Shown in pieces: positions 1 through 14,237 of a stretch of DNA of 64,000 nt. Where the stretch lies: assembly GCF_030684315.1 (NCBI RefSeq), contig NC_081370.1, positions 10,237,148 through 10,301,147 on the forward strand. The letters run 5' to 3'. The translations under genes and the position numbers were made by a program. How positions within the stretch are numbered: position 1 is the stretch's first letter; every line of letters starts with the position of its first letter. Origin of the DNA: Stegostoma tigrinum (taxonomy: Eukaryota). The notes beneath the pieces are model-generated. The model was given only the letters and a program-made list of their open reading frames with translations. It did no database searches and was not told where the DNA came from.

Positions 1-108
1 GGAGATGTGTGGATTGGGTATGTTTTGGAGGGATGGGTCTGGGTGGGATGCTGTGGGGGTTGGTGTGGACTTGTTGGGTGGAAGGGCCTGTTTCCACACT
101 GTTGGGAT
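1..108 (+). mobile_element. HE1-like SINE 3' tail, cut by the window edge
   Basis: GGGTCTGGGTGGGATG...GGCCTGTTTCCACACTG. Confidence 0.75.
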
Positions 109-109
109 T

Positions 110-789
110 CTTGGCAGTCATAGTCCAGGATTCTCTTGAGGTAAACTTGCAGGTTGCATTGGTAGTTAGGAAGACAAATACAATGTTGACATTATTTCGA
201 GAAGACTAGAATGTGAAAGCAGTGAAGTACTTTTAAGGCTTTATAGGGTTCTGGTCAGATCACAGTTTTGTGAGTAGTTTTGGTCTCCATACCTCAGGGA
301 GGATGTGCTAGCCCTGGAGTGGATCCAGAAAGATTTATGAGAATGATCCCAGGTAAGAAAAAAGGAGGAACGTTTGAGGACCTTGTGTCTGTAAATCAAT
401 GGAGTTTTCAAGAATGAGAGGGGATCTAATTGAAACTTTCAGAATACTGAACAGCCTGGAGAGAGTGGATGTTGGGAAGATGCTTCCATTAGCCGGAAAG
501 ACTAGGACCTGAGAGCACAGCCTTAGAGTAACGGGAAGACCCTTTAGAATGGAGATGAAGAGAAATGTTTTCAGCCAGAAATTGGTGAATCTATGGAATT
601 CATTGCCACAGAAGGTTCTGAAGGTCAGGTGATTGAGTATATTTAAGACACAGACAGATAAGTTCTTATTGTCAAGGGGATCAAAGGTTTTGGGAGAACA
701 GGGTTAAGAAACTTATCAGCCATGATTGAATTGCAGAACAGACTCGTTGGGTGGAGTGGCTTAATTTCTGCTCCTATATCTTATGGTCC
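110..789 (+). mobile_element. CR1 LINE 3' fragment
   Basis: Degenerate ORF2 C-terminus and 3' UTR similar to other CR1 copies in the window. Confidence 0.75.
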
Positions 790-1554
790 TGTGGACACGG
801 TTTGTTTTGCTTTCCATTGACCAATGTGGTGGATGTGAGAGAACTCCACTTAATAACAATATTGAGATTAGCCTCTGAGAAGGAGACTGGTTCTGAGTAA
901 GCAACAGCAGCAAACAGAACCTCACTTCTGAAGGAAAAGTATCAAGATGTAGCTTGTCTCCCTCCTGTGTGAAAGGTACCAGAAAATTCAGATCCTTCCA
1001 GCTGTTCTAACCAAAGTTTACCTGTAACTGCTTTTTCTACGGCTCTGCCGAAAGAAGAATATAGAAGGCCTTACACATAGTCAAAGGATTAGTTCTCAAG
1101 CAGTATCTGAAAGGCTGTACTTTGCTGCAAACGACCTAGTGTCTTCAGCAAGTGACCTAAAAAGGATTGAAGAAAACTGAAAGTCATCAAATTAAAACCA
1201 TTCATCAATTCTTGTCATCCAGATTCGCATTACTGAACTGATTCATTTCTTTGTTAATCACTTAAAAACTGTCTTTATGTGCATGTCAATTTGTGTGTCT
1301 GTGTAATGAAGAAGCGTTAGAATTATCAAGTTTTAAATTAGTAATTCATAATGTTTTGTTACTGTTAGTTAAAGGCAATCTATCCATAATAAATAGGGAT
1401 TTTTTTCTGATTAAGTACACAAATTTGGTGCCACATACTTTTTTGAGGTGTGTTTGTAAGTTAGATAAATTGGATAGTATAATTACATCTTTTCACATTT
1501 GTTGCGACTCCGGGAATATTTATTTCTAGCATACTACACCAGTGGGTCGTGACA
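790..1554 (+). repeat. Possible solo LTR
   Basis: TGT...ACA ends, internal AATAAA, no ORF. No clear TSD was found. Confidence 0.3.
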
Positions 1555-2596
1555 GTGATTTAGTTTATTCCACCACATCTTCATTTCTTTTGCAAAGCAA
1601 TCTTCTGTTTTATTGTTAAAACCAAACCTACTGCATTGTTCACATTTCTATCAGAGATCACCTCATTAAAGCAAAAAATAAAAATGATCTATCAAACCAA
1701 ATTTCAATCTGGGATTTGACTTGTCTAGTAATTGCATCAGTTGAGTTTTAAAAGTAGGGCACCAGGGGATTGGCAAGAGAATGCTGGAACTTTTCTGTTA
1801 ACCATGGAATCTATGTGGTGAACAGCTATTCTCAGCCAAGCTATATCATAATTTGTTCTATGCTGATAACACTAGCATTAGCTAGACATCATCTTCACCA
1901 GCAAAACAATCCTCATCTGTAGTTGAGTGACATAGGACTGACTATGACTCATGCCATTGTCTGGTAGCAAGGTCAAGCTTAAACTATACCAATCCAAGAA
2001 GCGAGGCAGTCCACAGATCAATATTTATTGTACCACTGTCCCAGAAAGGACCCAGGAATAAGTTAGCAGTACCAAGTTTTTTTGATGACAGTGTCCAAGG
2101 TCAGAATGTGATGGTAAATTGGGATCATCTGTGGAATCCTGTAATTCTGCATGCACTGTGTAAAGAAACAAAGATCATGTAAATGCTAGCTGGATTGAGA
2201 GTTGTTGAGCTGAATTGGACCACAAGAAGAGCCTTAATTAACTACAAGTGAGTTCTTAGCAAATAAAAAAAAGTACATATTTTTGTGATGTGGTGCAATA
2301 ATAACAGTCTCTCTCTCAATCTTGACAAAACAACTGATCATTGACTTCAGAAAGTAAAAAGGAGAACACGCCTCCATATACATCAATGGAACGGAGGTTG
2401 AGAGAGTTGAGCACATCAAGCTCCTAAGATCGACGGTAATTCCTGCTTAAATCTAGTTCATTGCTGCATGTGACTAACATATTGCTCAAAATGCATTCAA
2501 GGATGTCCAGGTGAGGAGCAGCTCCATTGATATTTGTACTTGTATTTATGGCCACATAACAATTCAATAACAAAATAATACAATTTGTCTTTGCAG

Positions 2597-2691
2597 GTAT
2601 GTTTGCTGAGTCACATTGTTCCATACTGATGAATAAATCCAGCATTTTTGGACAGTGTCATTGTAGGGTGGATCCCACAGATTATTATGAG
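2597..2691 (+). CDS. MUC6: Mucin-6-like gel-forming mucin, internal exon 1 of 10 in window (start of C8 domain)
   Basis: Acceptor ttgcAG at 2595-96, donor GTattt at 2692. Translates MFAESHCSILMNKSSIFGQCHCRVDPTDYYE and ends in phase 0, matching the next exon. The symbol rests on recalled similarity to human MUC6. Confidence 0.85.
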
Positions 2692-2859
2692 GTATTTTTT
2701 TTATTTTGGAGAATATAGCAGCCTTATTACTGAGTTTTTAGAACCTAAGTAACAACTTTACTGTTGGTGGGGGAGATACCCTGCCTCCAGAAAATATCAC
2801 ACCTTTTTTGATCCATGTAAATAATCTTTTGATTACTACCTCAGCCATGGGCAAACTGG

Positions 2860-5460
2860 CACAGGCTAAATAAAATCAAGGAGTTAAATGTGTGGCTCGA
2901 AGATTGGTGTGGTTGGAATGGATTTCAGTTCATAGAGTACTGGTTTCAATACTGAGGTAGAAGAAAATTGTTTTGGTGGGAATGGACTTCACCTGAACCA
3001 TGTTAGGACCAGTGTCCTGGCAAATCAAATAACTAAGTTTGTTCTGAGGACTTCAAAACAGGTGGGATTTTGGGGGTGGTAGTAGCAGAGAAGGGTTTGA
3101 GAGATGGAAATGTATGCTTACATGGTAAAATGATATGGTAGCCTTAAAAGTCATCTATTTGGTTAATTACACGCAGAGGGGGACAGAGTACAGAAACATA
3201 ATAAAACCGCAAGAAGTGGGATCAAAGTGGAAGAAGTGGTAAAAAGGCAAAATCAATAGCCATTCCCTTGAATGCACATGGAAATTGGAAAAAAAATAAA
3301 CGAATTAATGCCAAAATACCGGTTAATTAGAATGATCTTATAGTCATTACATACTCATGATTACGAGCAGATCAAAGTTGTGAACTCAATATTAAGGGTA
3401 AGATTGAGAACAAATCAGGAGATAATGAGGGCATGTTACAAAAAGACACTACATTAGTCATGACTGATTTGAATGTTCTTGTAGATTAAGAAAATTAAAC
3501 TGGCAGAAGGTGCCATAGAAAGAATTTACAGAGTGTATTTAGGACTGTTTCCTAGAAAATATTTTGTGAATCCAGCAGGGATTAGGCTCTTTTGAGTCTG
3601 TTGATGTGAACTGAGGCAGATTTTCTAAATGATCTCCGAGGAAAGATTCCCTAGAAAATGGTGACCATAGTATTATAGAATTTAGCGTTCCCTCTACAGA
3701 GGGAGAAAGCTGTGTTGAAAATTATTGTGATAAACCTAAATCACATCAATTACAAAGGAATTAGGACAGAACAACCAGGAGTGGACTATGAAAGGATCAA
3801 TGGTGGTCCACAATTAATTATTAATGACTTGGATGAGAAAAAGTGAATGGACGCTGGCTAAGTTTGTGAATGAAAAATAAGTGAGAAGCCAAGTGATGAA
3901 GATGACCATAGACAGTCTGCAATGGAATATAAATAGGTTAAATAATTGAGCTAAAACGTGATTGATGATAGATAATGTGGGATAATGTGAGGGTATGCAC
4001 TTTGGCAGAAAGAATGGAGGAGCTGAGTACTACTTAAATGAACAAAGACTTTGTGAAACTGATCTGGATGAAGGTATAGATGGTCTGATTAGCAAGTTTG
4101 CAGACGACCCTAAGTAGCAGATAGTGAAGGGGACTGTCGGAGAATGCAGCAGAGCATAGATAGATTGGAGAGTTGGACGGAGAAATGGCAGATGAAGTTC
4201 AATCAGGCAAATGTGATGTGATGCATTTTGGAAGATCCAATTCAAGAGCAAACTATACGGTAAATGGAAAAGCCTTTGGGAAAATTGATGCACAGAGAGA
4301 TCTGGGTGTTCAGGTCCATTGTACCCTGAAGGTGGCAACGCAGGTGGACAGAGTGGTCAAGAAGGCGTACGGCATTCTTTCATTCATTGGACGGGGTATT
4401 GAGTACAAGAGTTGGCTGGTCATGTTACAGTTGTATAGGACTTTGGTTCAACCACATTTGGAATACAGTGTACAGTTCTGGTTGCAACATTACCAAAAGG
4501 ATGTGGATGCTTTGGAGAGAGTGCAGAGGAGGCTCATCAGGTGTTGCCTGGTATGGAGGACACTAACTCTGAAGAGAGATTGAGTAGATTAGGATTATTT
4601 ACATTTGAAAGACGGAGGTTGAGGGGGGACCTGATTGAGGTCTAAAAAATCATGAGAGATATAGACAGGATAGATAGCAAGAAGCTTTCTTTCCCAGAGT
4701 GGGGGACTCAATTACTAGGGGTCACAATTTCAAGGTGAGAGGGGAAAAGTTTAAGGGAGATATGCGTGGAAAGTTCTTTGTGCAGAGGGTGGTGGGTGCC
4801 TGGAATGCGTTGCCAGTGGAGGTGGTAGAGACAGGCACGATAGCATCATTTAAGATATATCTAGACAGATACATGAATGGGCAGGGAGCAGAGGGATACA
4901 GATCCTTGGAAAATAGGCGTCAGATTTAGATAGAGGATCTGGATCGGCACAGGCTTAGAGGGCCAAACGGCCTGTTCCTGTGTTTTAATTTTCTTTGTTC
5001 TTTGTTCTTTGTTCTAATACAGCAAGGATTCAGGACTCTGTGCATAAACCAGAAAAAATCTGGCATCCAAGTTTAGTGGATAATAGGGTAGGAAGTAGAA
5101 TGTTGGCCTTTTGTCAAAGTGAATAGTATATAAAAACAGGAAAGTCTTGCTACAACTATGCAAGGCATTAGTTAGACTATGCTCAGAATATATGAAAATT
5201 TTTGATCCCCTTATCTAAGGAATTATGTGCTGGTGTTGGGGGCAGCTCAGAGAATATTCACTTGGTTGATCCCAGATTTTGAGGGATTGTCTTGCAAAGA
5301 GAGGTTGAGTAGTTTTTGCTGTATTCAATGGAGTTTAAAAGAATGAGAGGTCCCCTAATTGAAACATACCAGAATTCTTATTAGTGGACTTGACAGGGTA
5401 GATGTGGAGAGGTTAATTCCCCTTGAGGGAGAGTCTAGAACTAGACAGCATAAACAGAGA
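2860..5460 (+). mobile_element. Old CR1 relic with a younger CR1 3' end (about 4062-5015) nested inside
   Basis: SKFADD; KCDVMHFG...RDLGVQV...LYRTLVQPHLEYSVQFW; (TTCTTTG)n tail near 4991-5015. Confidence 0.85.
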
Positions 5461-5923
5461 GAGTATTGAGGGGCAGCTGAGGATAAAGTGGCGTCTAGGG
5501 GGTTTCGAATATGGCTCCATAAATACCATGTGTATTGAGACAATTGTTGGCAGCTGGAGGTGTGGAGCAGAGTGAAATGGGGATGGATGTTGAACTGGGT
5601 ACTGGTGCAGGCCCAGTCAGACCACATGTGGAAGCACCTTGCGCAACTCTATTGCAATATTTATCCTTTTAATTTTATTTACTTTCTAACTTATTCTATG
5701 AATCGCTGAAAGGTAATGTAACTTTTTTTATTTCTCTATTTAGTATCCAGGTACTTTGTACCTAGGATGGTGCCATGAGGTAGTGACATTGTAAGCTTTT
5801 CACTGTACTTCTATACTTCTGTATTTGAATATGAGTGACAATAAACCTAGTTCTAATTGTTCCGTCCAACCTCAGCCTGGACCAGTGTATCACCTCATCC
5901 AACTGTTGCCAGTAGCTGTTAAA

Positions 5924-6231
5924 ATTAGATTAGATTTCCTATAGTCTGGAAGCAGGCCCTTCGACCCAACAAGTCCACACTTCCCCTTGATATATCCCAC
6001 CCAGACCCATCCCCCTATAACCCACACACCCCTGAATACTACGGGCAATTTAGCATGGCCAATCCACCTAGCCTGCACATTTTTCAACTGTGGGAATAAA
6101 CCGGAGGAAACCCATGCAGACACAAGGAGAATGTGCAAGCTCCGCACAGACAGTCGCCTGAGGCTGGACTTGAACCCGGGTCCTTGGTGCTGTGAGGCTG
6201 CAGTGCTAACCACTGAGCTACCGTGCTGCCC
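5924..6231 (-). mobile_element. tRNA-derived V-SINE (HE1-like)
   Basis: A box GTAGCTCAGTGG, B box GGTTCAAGTCC, central TGTCTGTG.GGAG.TTGCACATTCTCC domain, CR1-like tail. Confidence 0.88.
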
Positions 6232-6299
6232 TCAATGTTTACTTCAGCTGATGTATATGAAAAGACAACACTGCTAACTAGATACACTGCTGTTAAGTG

Positions 6300-6790
6300 C
6301 TGTATGTCTGTAAAGTGGACTTAATTGCCCACTCCTTAACCAGAAACAAGTAGGAGGACTGGCTACTTGCCTTTGCCGGTTTGGTGAAATTCACAATAGT
6401 ACAGGAAACCATTCACTGAATGCAGACTTCCCTGCAGTTGTCACAAGTGAGTAGGAGATATACTATACCACAAGGGTTTACTGCTCCCTGAATGTGCAGT
6501 TGCTCTGTAATTGTGCACACAACATTGGATTGACAAATAGCTGTTATCTTCACAGCATATTCCTACTTTAACCATTCACACCACATTTGAGCAGCCACAA
6601 TGAAGCAGAGGCTTGGTAACAACACCTACTCATTCTACACCAGCCAAATAACTGTTTTGTGTGCTAGGTTGGCCTACTGTGAGAGTCTTGCTTCCAATAG
6701 GATCATTATAGGGCAATTTGTCTGTGTTCTAAACTAACAGAAAAACTGCCAGGTCACTCATGCAACCTTTCCAGTATTCACTGGCAAGTG
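6300..6790 (+). mobile_element. PIF/Harbinger transposase relic
   Basis: KG.YCSLNVQLLC near 6470-6510, resembling RKGYHSLNVQLVCD; upstream FAGLVKFTIVQETI. Confidence 0.4.
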
Positions 6791-6807
6791 GCTTCATATT
6801 TCTGGTG

Positions 6808-6909
6808 CTTGGCTTTTGTGCTCCTGAGATGCTGCTTGGCCTGCTGTGTTCATCCAGCCTCACATTTTATTATCTTGGAATCTCCAGCATCTGCAGTTCC
6901 CATTATCTC
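6808..6909 (+). mobile_element. Single Penelope-terminus copy without ribozyme core
   Basis: Homology starts at GCTTTTGTG (6812). TSD TCATATTTCTGGTG at 6794-6807 and 6910-6923. Confidence 0.85.
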
Positions 6910-7869
6910 TCATATTTCTGGTGGTCTTTTGTGTCCTTCACAAACTTGGTCTCCTGAAATGGTTCAGAGGGAGCAGGCATTTATTTTTCTCTTTATTCTG
7001 TAATAAGATACTTAGTCATTAACAAATCTGTTATTTGTTGCCAAATTCTAATTGCTGTTAAACTGGTAGCATTCTAAGCCATTTCAGAGGACAGTTAAGA
7101 GTAATTTACATTGCTATCGATCACACGTAGACTAGATAAGGACAGCAGGTTTTCTTCCCAAAAGGACATTAGTAAACCAGTTGGGTTTTACAGCAAGGGG
7201 AATCATTACTGAGATTAACTTTATGTTCTCGGTTTATTAATTAACTTAAGTCCCATCAGCTGCAGTGCTCAATGCCCATCCAAGTATCTATGTTGAAACC
7301 TATTCTCACCTTGAACAAGTCCTCAAATGTGACCTTGATTTTCTTTGCTCCAAGGAGAGCAACCTAGGCATCTTCAACCTTGTAGATGGAATCCCTAATC
7401 TGTGAAACCATTGGGGTAAATCTTATTATGGCTCACTGAGATAGGCTGCTGAAAATCAGGCTCCACCATACCCAGTGTTGTCACAAAAATTAGAGATTTT
7501 AAAAGTATGCAAAGTTCCCCGATTTGCCTGATTTTCAGAAATTCCTGGAAAAGGTCATCAGGTCTGAGGAAGGTTCACTTGATCTGAAACATTAATTCTG
7601 ATTTCTCTTCACAGATGCTGCCAGGCCTGTTGAGCTTTTCCAGTAATTTCTATTTTTGTTTCTGATTTATGCAGCATTCATAGTTCACTGAGTTTTTACC
7701 TGATTTTTAGACCCTGCTTAATAGAAGGCATGGACCAGGTTCCTGCTCTAAAGCAGCATTATTATTTATGACAGGGAACTAGACCGTTGTCATATAACAC
7801 TTGTAATTAAAATTCTATCCCCTTATACCACTCTCCTTAGACTGAGACAGACAGGGTAAGCTATGTCAC

Positions 7870-10700
7870 ATCCTCAAAAAATTCCAGAAGATTTGTCAAG
7901 CATGATTTTCCTTTAATGATCTATGCTGACTTGAACCAATCCTGTCACCATTTTCCAAATGCGAGTTATTACATCCTTGTTAATTGACTCTGGCATTTTC
8001 CCCACCACTGATAGCCAGGTTAACCAGCCTATAATTCCCCTTGTTCTTTCTCCCTCCTCTTTTTTAAAAATGTGGGGTTACATTAGCTATATTCCAGGCC
8101 ATTGGATCTCTTCCAGAGTCAATAGAATGCTGGAAGATGATTAGCTATTTGTCCACTATTTTAAGCACCACTTTCCTAAGCAATCTTCAAGCCCTGGGGA
8201 CTTATCAGGTTTTAATCTCAAGAATTTCTGCAAGACCATTTCCTGACTAATGAGGATCTCCTTCAGTTTCTTCTTCATGCTTGATCATCTGTCCTACAGC
8301 ATTCCTGAAAGGTTATTTGTGTCCTCCCTAATGAAGACCAATCCAAAGTATTTGTTCAACTGGTTTGCCATCTATTTGCTGCCCTTTATGAATTCACCTG
8401 ACTCTATCTGAAGGGACCTACATTTGTCTTCACTGGACTTTTTGCCTTCACAGTTTTTATGTTTTCCACAATCTTATTCTTGTATTCTATTTTCCCTTTG
8501 CAAATTAAACCCTTTGACCTGCTCTGCTGAATTTTAAATTTCTCCCAGTCCTCAGGTTTGCTGCCTTTTTTGGCCAATTTATATGCCTTCTCTTTGGCTT
8601 TGACACTATTCGTGATTTCCCATGTAAGCCATTTTTGAGCCACCTTCCCTCCTTTACTTTTATGCCAAACAGGGATATCCCATTTTGGAAGTTCATCCAT
8701 GTGTTCTTTAAATGTCTGCCATTGCCTATCCACCATCAACCCCTTAAGTATCCTTGGCCAGCTTAACCTAGCCAATTGATATTTCATATCATCAAAGTCA
8801 GTTTTATTTAAGGTGAGGACCCAAGCCTCAGATTTAACTGGTACTCTCCATTTCAATGAAGAATTCTACCATATTATGGTCAGTCTTCCCCAATAGATCT
8901 GTCACCACAAAGTTGCTAATTAATCCTCTCATTACACAATACCCAGTCTAGAGTGGCTTGCTCTTAGTTGGTTCCTTGACACAAGCTTGTGTTTCCAGAT
9001 TGACCTGTTGGACTTTAACCTGGTATCATGTGATTTCTGACCTTTTCTACCCGAGTCCTACACCAACATCTCCACATCTTCACATATTTGTCGAGGAAAC
9101 CATCCCTCATACACTACGTGAAATCTTCCTCCATCACATTACTTCCTGTTTAGTTAATTCAGTCAATGTGCAGATTGAAGTTACATATAATAACTGCATT
9201 CATCTCTAATTTTCTGTTTGATGCCAACCTTACAACTACCGTTTAGTGATCTGTACACAACTCCCACTCATGTTTCTTTTTCCTTTGGTGTTCTGCAGCT
9301 CCACCTATTCAGATTCCATATCATTAAGGCTAATGTCCTCCATTAGTATTGTATTAATCCCCTCCTTAACCAGCAACTGCACCACACCTCCCTTTCTTTT
9401 CCATCTATCTTTCCTGAAAATTGAATACCCCTGGATGTTGAGTTTCCATACTTGTATCACCCTGAACCCTGGTCTCTGTGATCCCAATTACATCCTATCA
9501 ATTAATAACTGTCTACACAGTTAAATTCATTACAAATGCTCCTTATATTGAGAAACAGAGCCTTCAGGCTCATTTTTTTGACATGCATTGCCCTTTTAGA
9601 ATTATGATGTAACGTGCCCTTTTTGATTTTTGTTTTTGCTTTCTCTGTCCACCACTTTCACAATCCCTCTTACTTTCCTTTGTTTCTGTCTCCACTTTAC
9701 TTCCCTCCGACTTCCTATACTGGTTCCCATACCCTCTGCCATATTAGTTTACACCTTCCCCAACAGCACTCACAACCAATCCCTCGGGACATTGGTTGAA
9801 GACCTGCCCAGATGCAGACTGTCCAGTTTATATTGGTCCTACCTCCCCCAGAATCGGTTCCAGTGCCCCAGGAAATTTGAATCCCTTGCTCTTGCACCTT
9901 CCTTCAATCTGTGTATTCGTCTTATTCATCTTGTCATTCTTACTCTAGCATGTGGCACAGGAAGCAATCCTGAGATTAATATCTTTTGAGGCGCTACTTT
10001 TTAGTTTAACTCCTAATTCCCTAAATTCAGCTTGTAGGACCTCATCCTTTTTATTTATCTCTATCATTTGGGCCTGTGTGCACTACCACAGCTGGCTGTT
10101 TACCCTTTTTGACCAGAATGTACTCCAGCTGCTCGAAGATACCCTTGACCCTTGCATCATGGAGGCGACATACTTTCCTGGACTTTTGTGGCTGAAGAAA
10201 TGCCTATCTATTCCCCTTATAATTGAATCACTTATCACTGTAACTGTGCCACTTTTTTTTCCTGCTCTCCTGTGCAGCAGAGCCAGCTATGGTGTCATGA
10301 ACCTGACTGCTGCCGCCTTTCCCTAGCAAGCCATCTCCCCAGTAGTACCCAAAACGGTATACCGGTTTTGCACAGAGATGACTGCAGGGAACTGCATTGC
10401 CTTTCGGCTTTTCCTCTGATTGGAGATCACCCATTCTTGATCTCCCTCAGTAATGTTTAGCTACTGTGTGACCAACTTATTGAACATGCTATCCGTGATC
10501 ACGGATACTCCGAAGTGAATCCAGCTGCAGCTCCAAAGCCTATCAAGCGGTCAGACAGGAGGTACAGCTAGACAGAATTCCTGCACATGAAGAAGTCTGG
10601 GACATCAGATGGGCCCCTAAATTCCTACATTGCACAGGGGGAGCATTACACAGGTCTGGGATCTTCTGCCATGACTTAATCCTTAAGTTAACTTAACACT
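7870..10700 (-). mobile_element. CR1 LINE 5' portion (ORF1 and endonuclease), degenerate
   Basis: LNIQGYSIFRKDR.KRKGGVV..LVKE (APE domain); linker peptides in ORF 8404..8856. Confidence 0.8.
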
Positions 10701-11004
10701 AGTAGCAAAGCCAAGAGAAAATGAGAGAAAAGAAAAACTGCTTATAAGTCTCCCACCACTCGCTAACCTCCTGGCTTTGACTTCACAGTTCAATTTCTTT
10801 CTACTTCTCCTTTACCCTTGTGCCTTCAGCAGTTGTGGTAGCTCACTTCTCCTCCAACTGCCTTACTTCATTGCTGGTCACCGTCCTCACCAAAGTCCGG
10901 TATTCACCAAAGACTAAGCTTAATTTTTTTAATATCAAAATGTATTTTATTCATAAAATATATCTTGGTATATCTTTGCTGCGAGTGCTGGATAGGTTGT
11001 CCCA

Positions 11005-12985
11005 CTGAGGCAAGGAAAGGATGGTAAAGTGAAGGAACCTTGGAAGACAAGACATGTGGAACATCTAATCAAGAGGAAGAAGGAAGCTTATTTAAGGTTG
11101 AGGAAGCAAGGATTGGACAGGGCTGTAGAGGGTTACAAGGTAGCCAGGAAGGAACAGAAGAATAGACTTAGGAGAGCTAGAAGAGAGCATGAAAATGCCT
11201 TGGTGAATCGAATTAAGGAAAATCCTGAGGCATTCTTTACTTATGTGAGGAGCAAGAGGATGGCCAGAGTGAGGCTAGGGCTGATCAGGGATAGTGGAGG
11301 GAACTTGTGCCTGGAGTCGGAGGCGGTAGGGGAGGTCCCTAATGAATACTTTGTTTCAGTATTCACCAGTGAGAGGGACCTTGTAGTTTGTGAGGACAGT
11401 GTGAAACAGGCTGATATGCTCGTACAGGTCAATGTTGGGAAGGAGGATTTGCTAGAAATTTTGAAAAACATGAGGATAGATAAGACCCCTGGGCCAGATG
11501 GGATATACCCAAAGTTGGTACAGGAAATGAGGGAAGAGATTGCTGTGCCTTTGGCAATGATCTTTGCGTCCTCACTATCCACTGGAGTAGTACCAGATGA
11601 TTGGAGGGTTACAAATGTTATTCCTTGCTTAAGAAAGGGAATAGGGATAGTCTTAGGAATTACAGACCAGTCAGTCTTACTTCTGTGCTGGGCAAATTAT
11701 TGGAGTGGATTCCGAGAAATAGTATTTATGATTATTTGGAAAAGCATTTTTTGATTAGAAATAGTCAGCATGGCTTTGTGGGGGGCAGGTCATGCCTCAC
11801 AAAACTTACTGAATTGTTTAAGGATGTGACAAAACACATTGATGAAGGTAGAGCAGTGGATGTGGTGTATATGGATTTTAGCAAGGTATTTGGTAATGAG
11901 GCATGAGATTCAGTGAAATGTGGCTGTCTGGATGCAGAATTGGCTGTCCAATAGAAGACAAAGGGTGGTCATAGACGGAAAGTAATCAGCCTGGTGCTCG
12001 GTGACCAGTGGTGTTCCGCAGGGTTCTGTTCTGGAAACTCAGTTGTTTGCGATCTTTATAAATGACTTAGGTGAGGAAGTGGAAGTGTGGGTTAGTAAGT
12101 TTGCCAATGACACGGAGGTTGGTAGAGTTGTGGATAGTGTGAAGGGCTGTTGTAGGTTGCAGTGGGACATTGACAGGATGCAGAGCTGGGCAAAGAAGTG
12201 GCGTATGGAATTCAAAGCAGAAAAGTGTGAAATGGTTCATTTTGGAAGCTTGAGTTTGAATGCAGGGTAGTGGCAGGATACTTGGCATTGTGGAGGTACA
12301 GAGGGATCTTGGGGTGCACATCCATAGACCCCTCAAAGTTGTGACCCAAGTTGATAGGGTTGTTAAGAAGATGTATGGTGTATGGCTTTCATTGGCAGGG
12401 CGATTGAGTTGAAGAGCAGTGAGGTTATGCTGCAGCTCTACAAAACCCTAGTTAGACCACACTTGAAATATTGTGTTCCGTTCTGGTCACCTCATTATAG
12501 GCAGTATGTGAAAGCTTTAGCAAGGGTGTGGAGGAGATTTACCAGGATGCTACCTGGACTGGAGGACAGGTCTTTTAAGGAAAGGTTGAGGGAGCTAGGG
12601 CTTTTCTCATTGGAGTGAAGAAGGATGAGAGCTGACTTGATAGTGGTGTACAAGATGATGAGAGGCATAGATAGAGTGGATACCCCGAGACTTTTTCCCA
12701 GGGCAGAAATGACTATAACAAGGGGGCATAATTTTAAGGTGATTGGAGGAAGGTATAGCGGAAATGTCAGACGTAGATTCTTTACTCAGAATGGTGGGTG
12801 CGTGGAAAGCATTGCCAGCTGTGGTAGTGAAGTCAGATACATTGGGGATATTTAAGTGCCTCCTGGATAGGCAAATGGATGATAGTAAAATGTAGGGTTT
12901 GCAGGTAAGTTTGATCTTAGAGTGAGATAGTAGGTAGGCACAACATCATAGACCGAAGGGCCTGTACTGTTCTATGCTCTATATA
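11005..12985 (+). mobile_element. CR1 LINE ORF2 (RT) and 3' UTR, frameshifted
   Basis: KTPGPDGIYP, NYRPVSLTS, QHGFVGGRSCLT, SGVPQGSVL, SKFAND. Confidence 0.92.
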
Positions 12986-13661
12986 TACATAATCACAAAC
13001 ACAGTTCTGCTGCATATCAAGGAAACAAACAAACAATTGATTCTGTCCAAAAAACTAGACTTATCTTAAACATAAAAGACTATATTTATGTAAATTTGAG
13101 GCACTAAGAAGGTCTGATAACTGAATGGACCCCCATTTACTTTCAGCAGGAAGACCTCAAACAGTGGTCTTTCCCCATTATGCATTGTTGACAGCTGCCC
13201 CGAGTTTTAGTGCATCCCTCAGCATGTTGTCCTGGATCTTTGGAATGTGGCAGTCTGCAACACTCAGTTGAGGTCAACTCCTTGTTCTGGAAAACCAACA
13301 AGTTTCAGGCAGACCAAAGACCATCTTTCATTGAATTGAAGATCCTCTAGGTGCAGTTGATGTTTGTCACACTGTGTCCCCCAGGGAACAGACTATAGAA
13401 CGCACAGTCCCATGTCACAGAGCTGTACACACTCAGACGTCCAGCAGCATTTCCACCACAGAGCAGCCCTTCTAAAACTAGTTGCTCCACTATATTTTGC
13501 TCCCCTTTTATTCGTTCCCCTCCTCAGTTGCTGTAACTGAGCCTACTTGTCCCAGAATACTTCTCAGCAGTGCCCTCTGTTTGATGCTTGAACTGTTCAC
13601 TGACACTAACTCTTCTGTGCCCCCCCTCCTCGGTTGCAGTGACTGAGCCAATTCCTTTGTT

Positions 13662-13810
13662 AGATAACAAAGTGTGGAGCTGGATGAACACAGCAGGCCA
13701 AACAGCATCTCAGGAGCACAAAAGCTAGATGCTGCTTGGCCTGCTGTGTTCATCCAGCTCCACACTTCGTTATCTTGGATTCTCCAGCAACTGCAGTTCC
13801 CATTATCTCT
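13662..13810. mobile_element. Penelope-terminus fold-back mini-element lacking the ribozyme core
   Basis: The left arm ends at AAAAGCT (13726) and joins an inverted right arm. Confidence 0.85.
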
Positions 13811-14140
13811 CTCCCTCCAAGAAACCACCTCAGTTGCTTCTCCGTAGCGCCCCCTATTTCCCTCTTGAATAAGAGTGTTGCAGCAGCAGTTTGCCAATGT
13901 TCTGGGACATTTTTAGAATCTAAGGATTCTGAGAAAGATTGCTTTCAGTGCATCCACATTCTCTATAGCTACCTCCTTTAAAATCCTAGGATGTAATCCT
14001 TTGGGTCCAGGCGACAGTGACTTCTAGCCCTGTTGATTTCCCTGTTACTTTTTCCTCCAGTAATAGTTATTGTGTTTCTTTCCTCCTCAACTCCCTTTAT
14101 ATCCTTGATGGGTGGGAAATTTCAGTGAAGCTAAATGCAT

Positions 14141-14237
14141 TTCTGAAGAAGGGTCTCAGCCCAAAACATCAGCCTTCCTGCTCTTCTGATGCTGCTTGGC
14201 CTGCTATGTTGATCCAGCTCTACACTTTGTTATCTCA
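14141..14237 (+). mobile_element. Single Penelope-terminus copy (degenerate hammerhead)
   Basis: CTGAAGAAGGGTCTCAGCCCAAAACATCAGCC... followed by the family body. Confidence 0.8.

Noticed and set aside
5890-6287. Recurrent ORFs such as MAQWLALLPHS... and GNLAWPIHLACT... as a gene family
   Set aside because: They are chance translations of HE1-like SINE copies.
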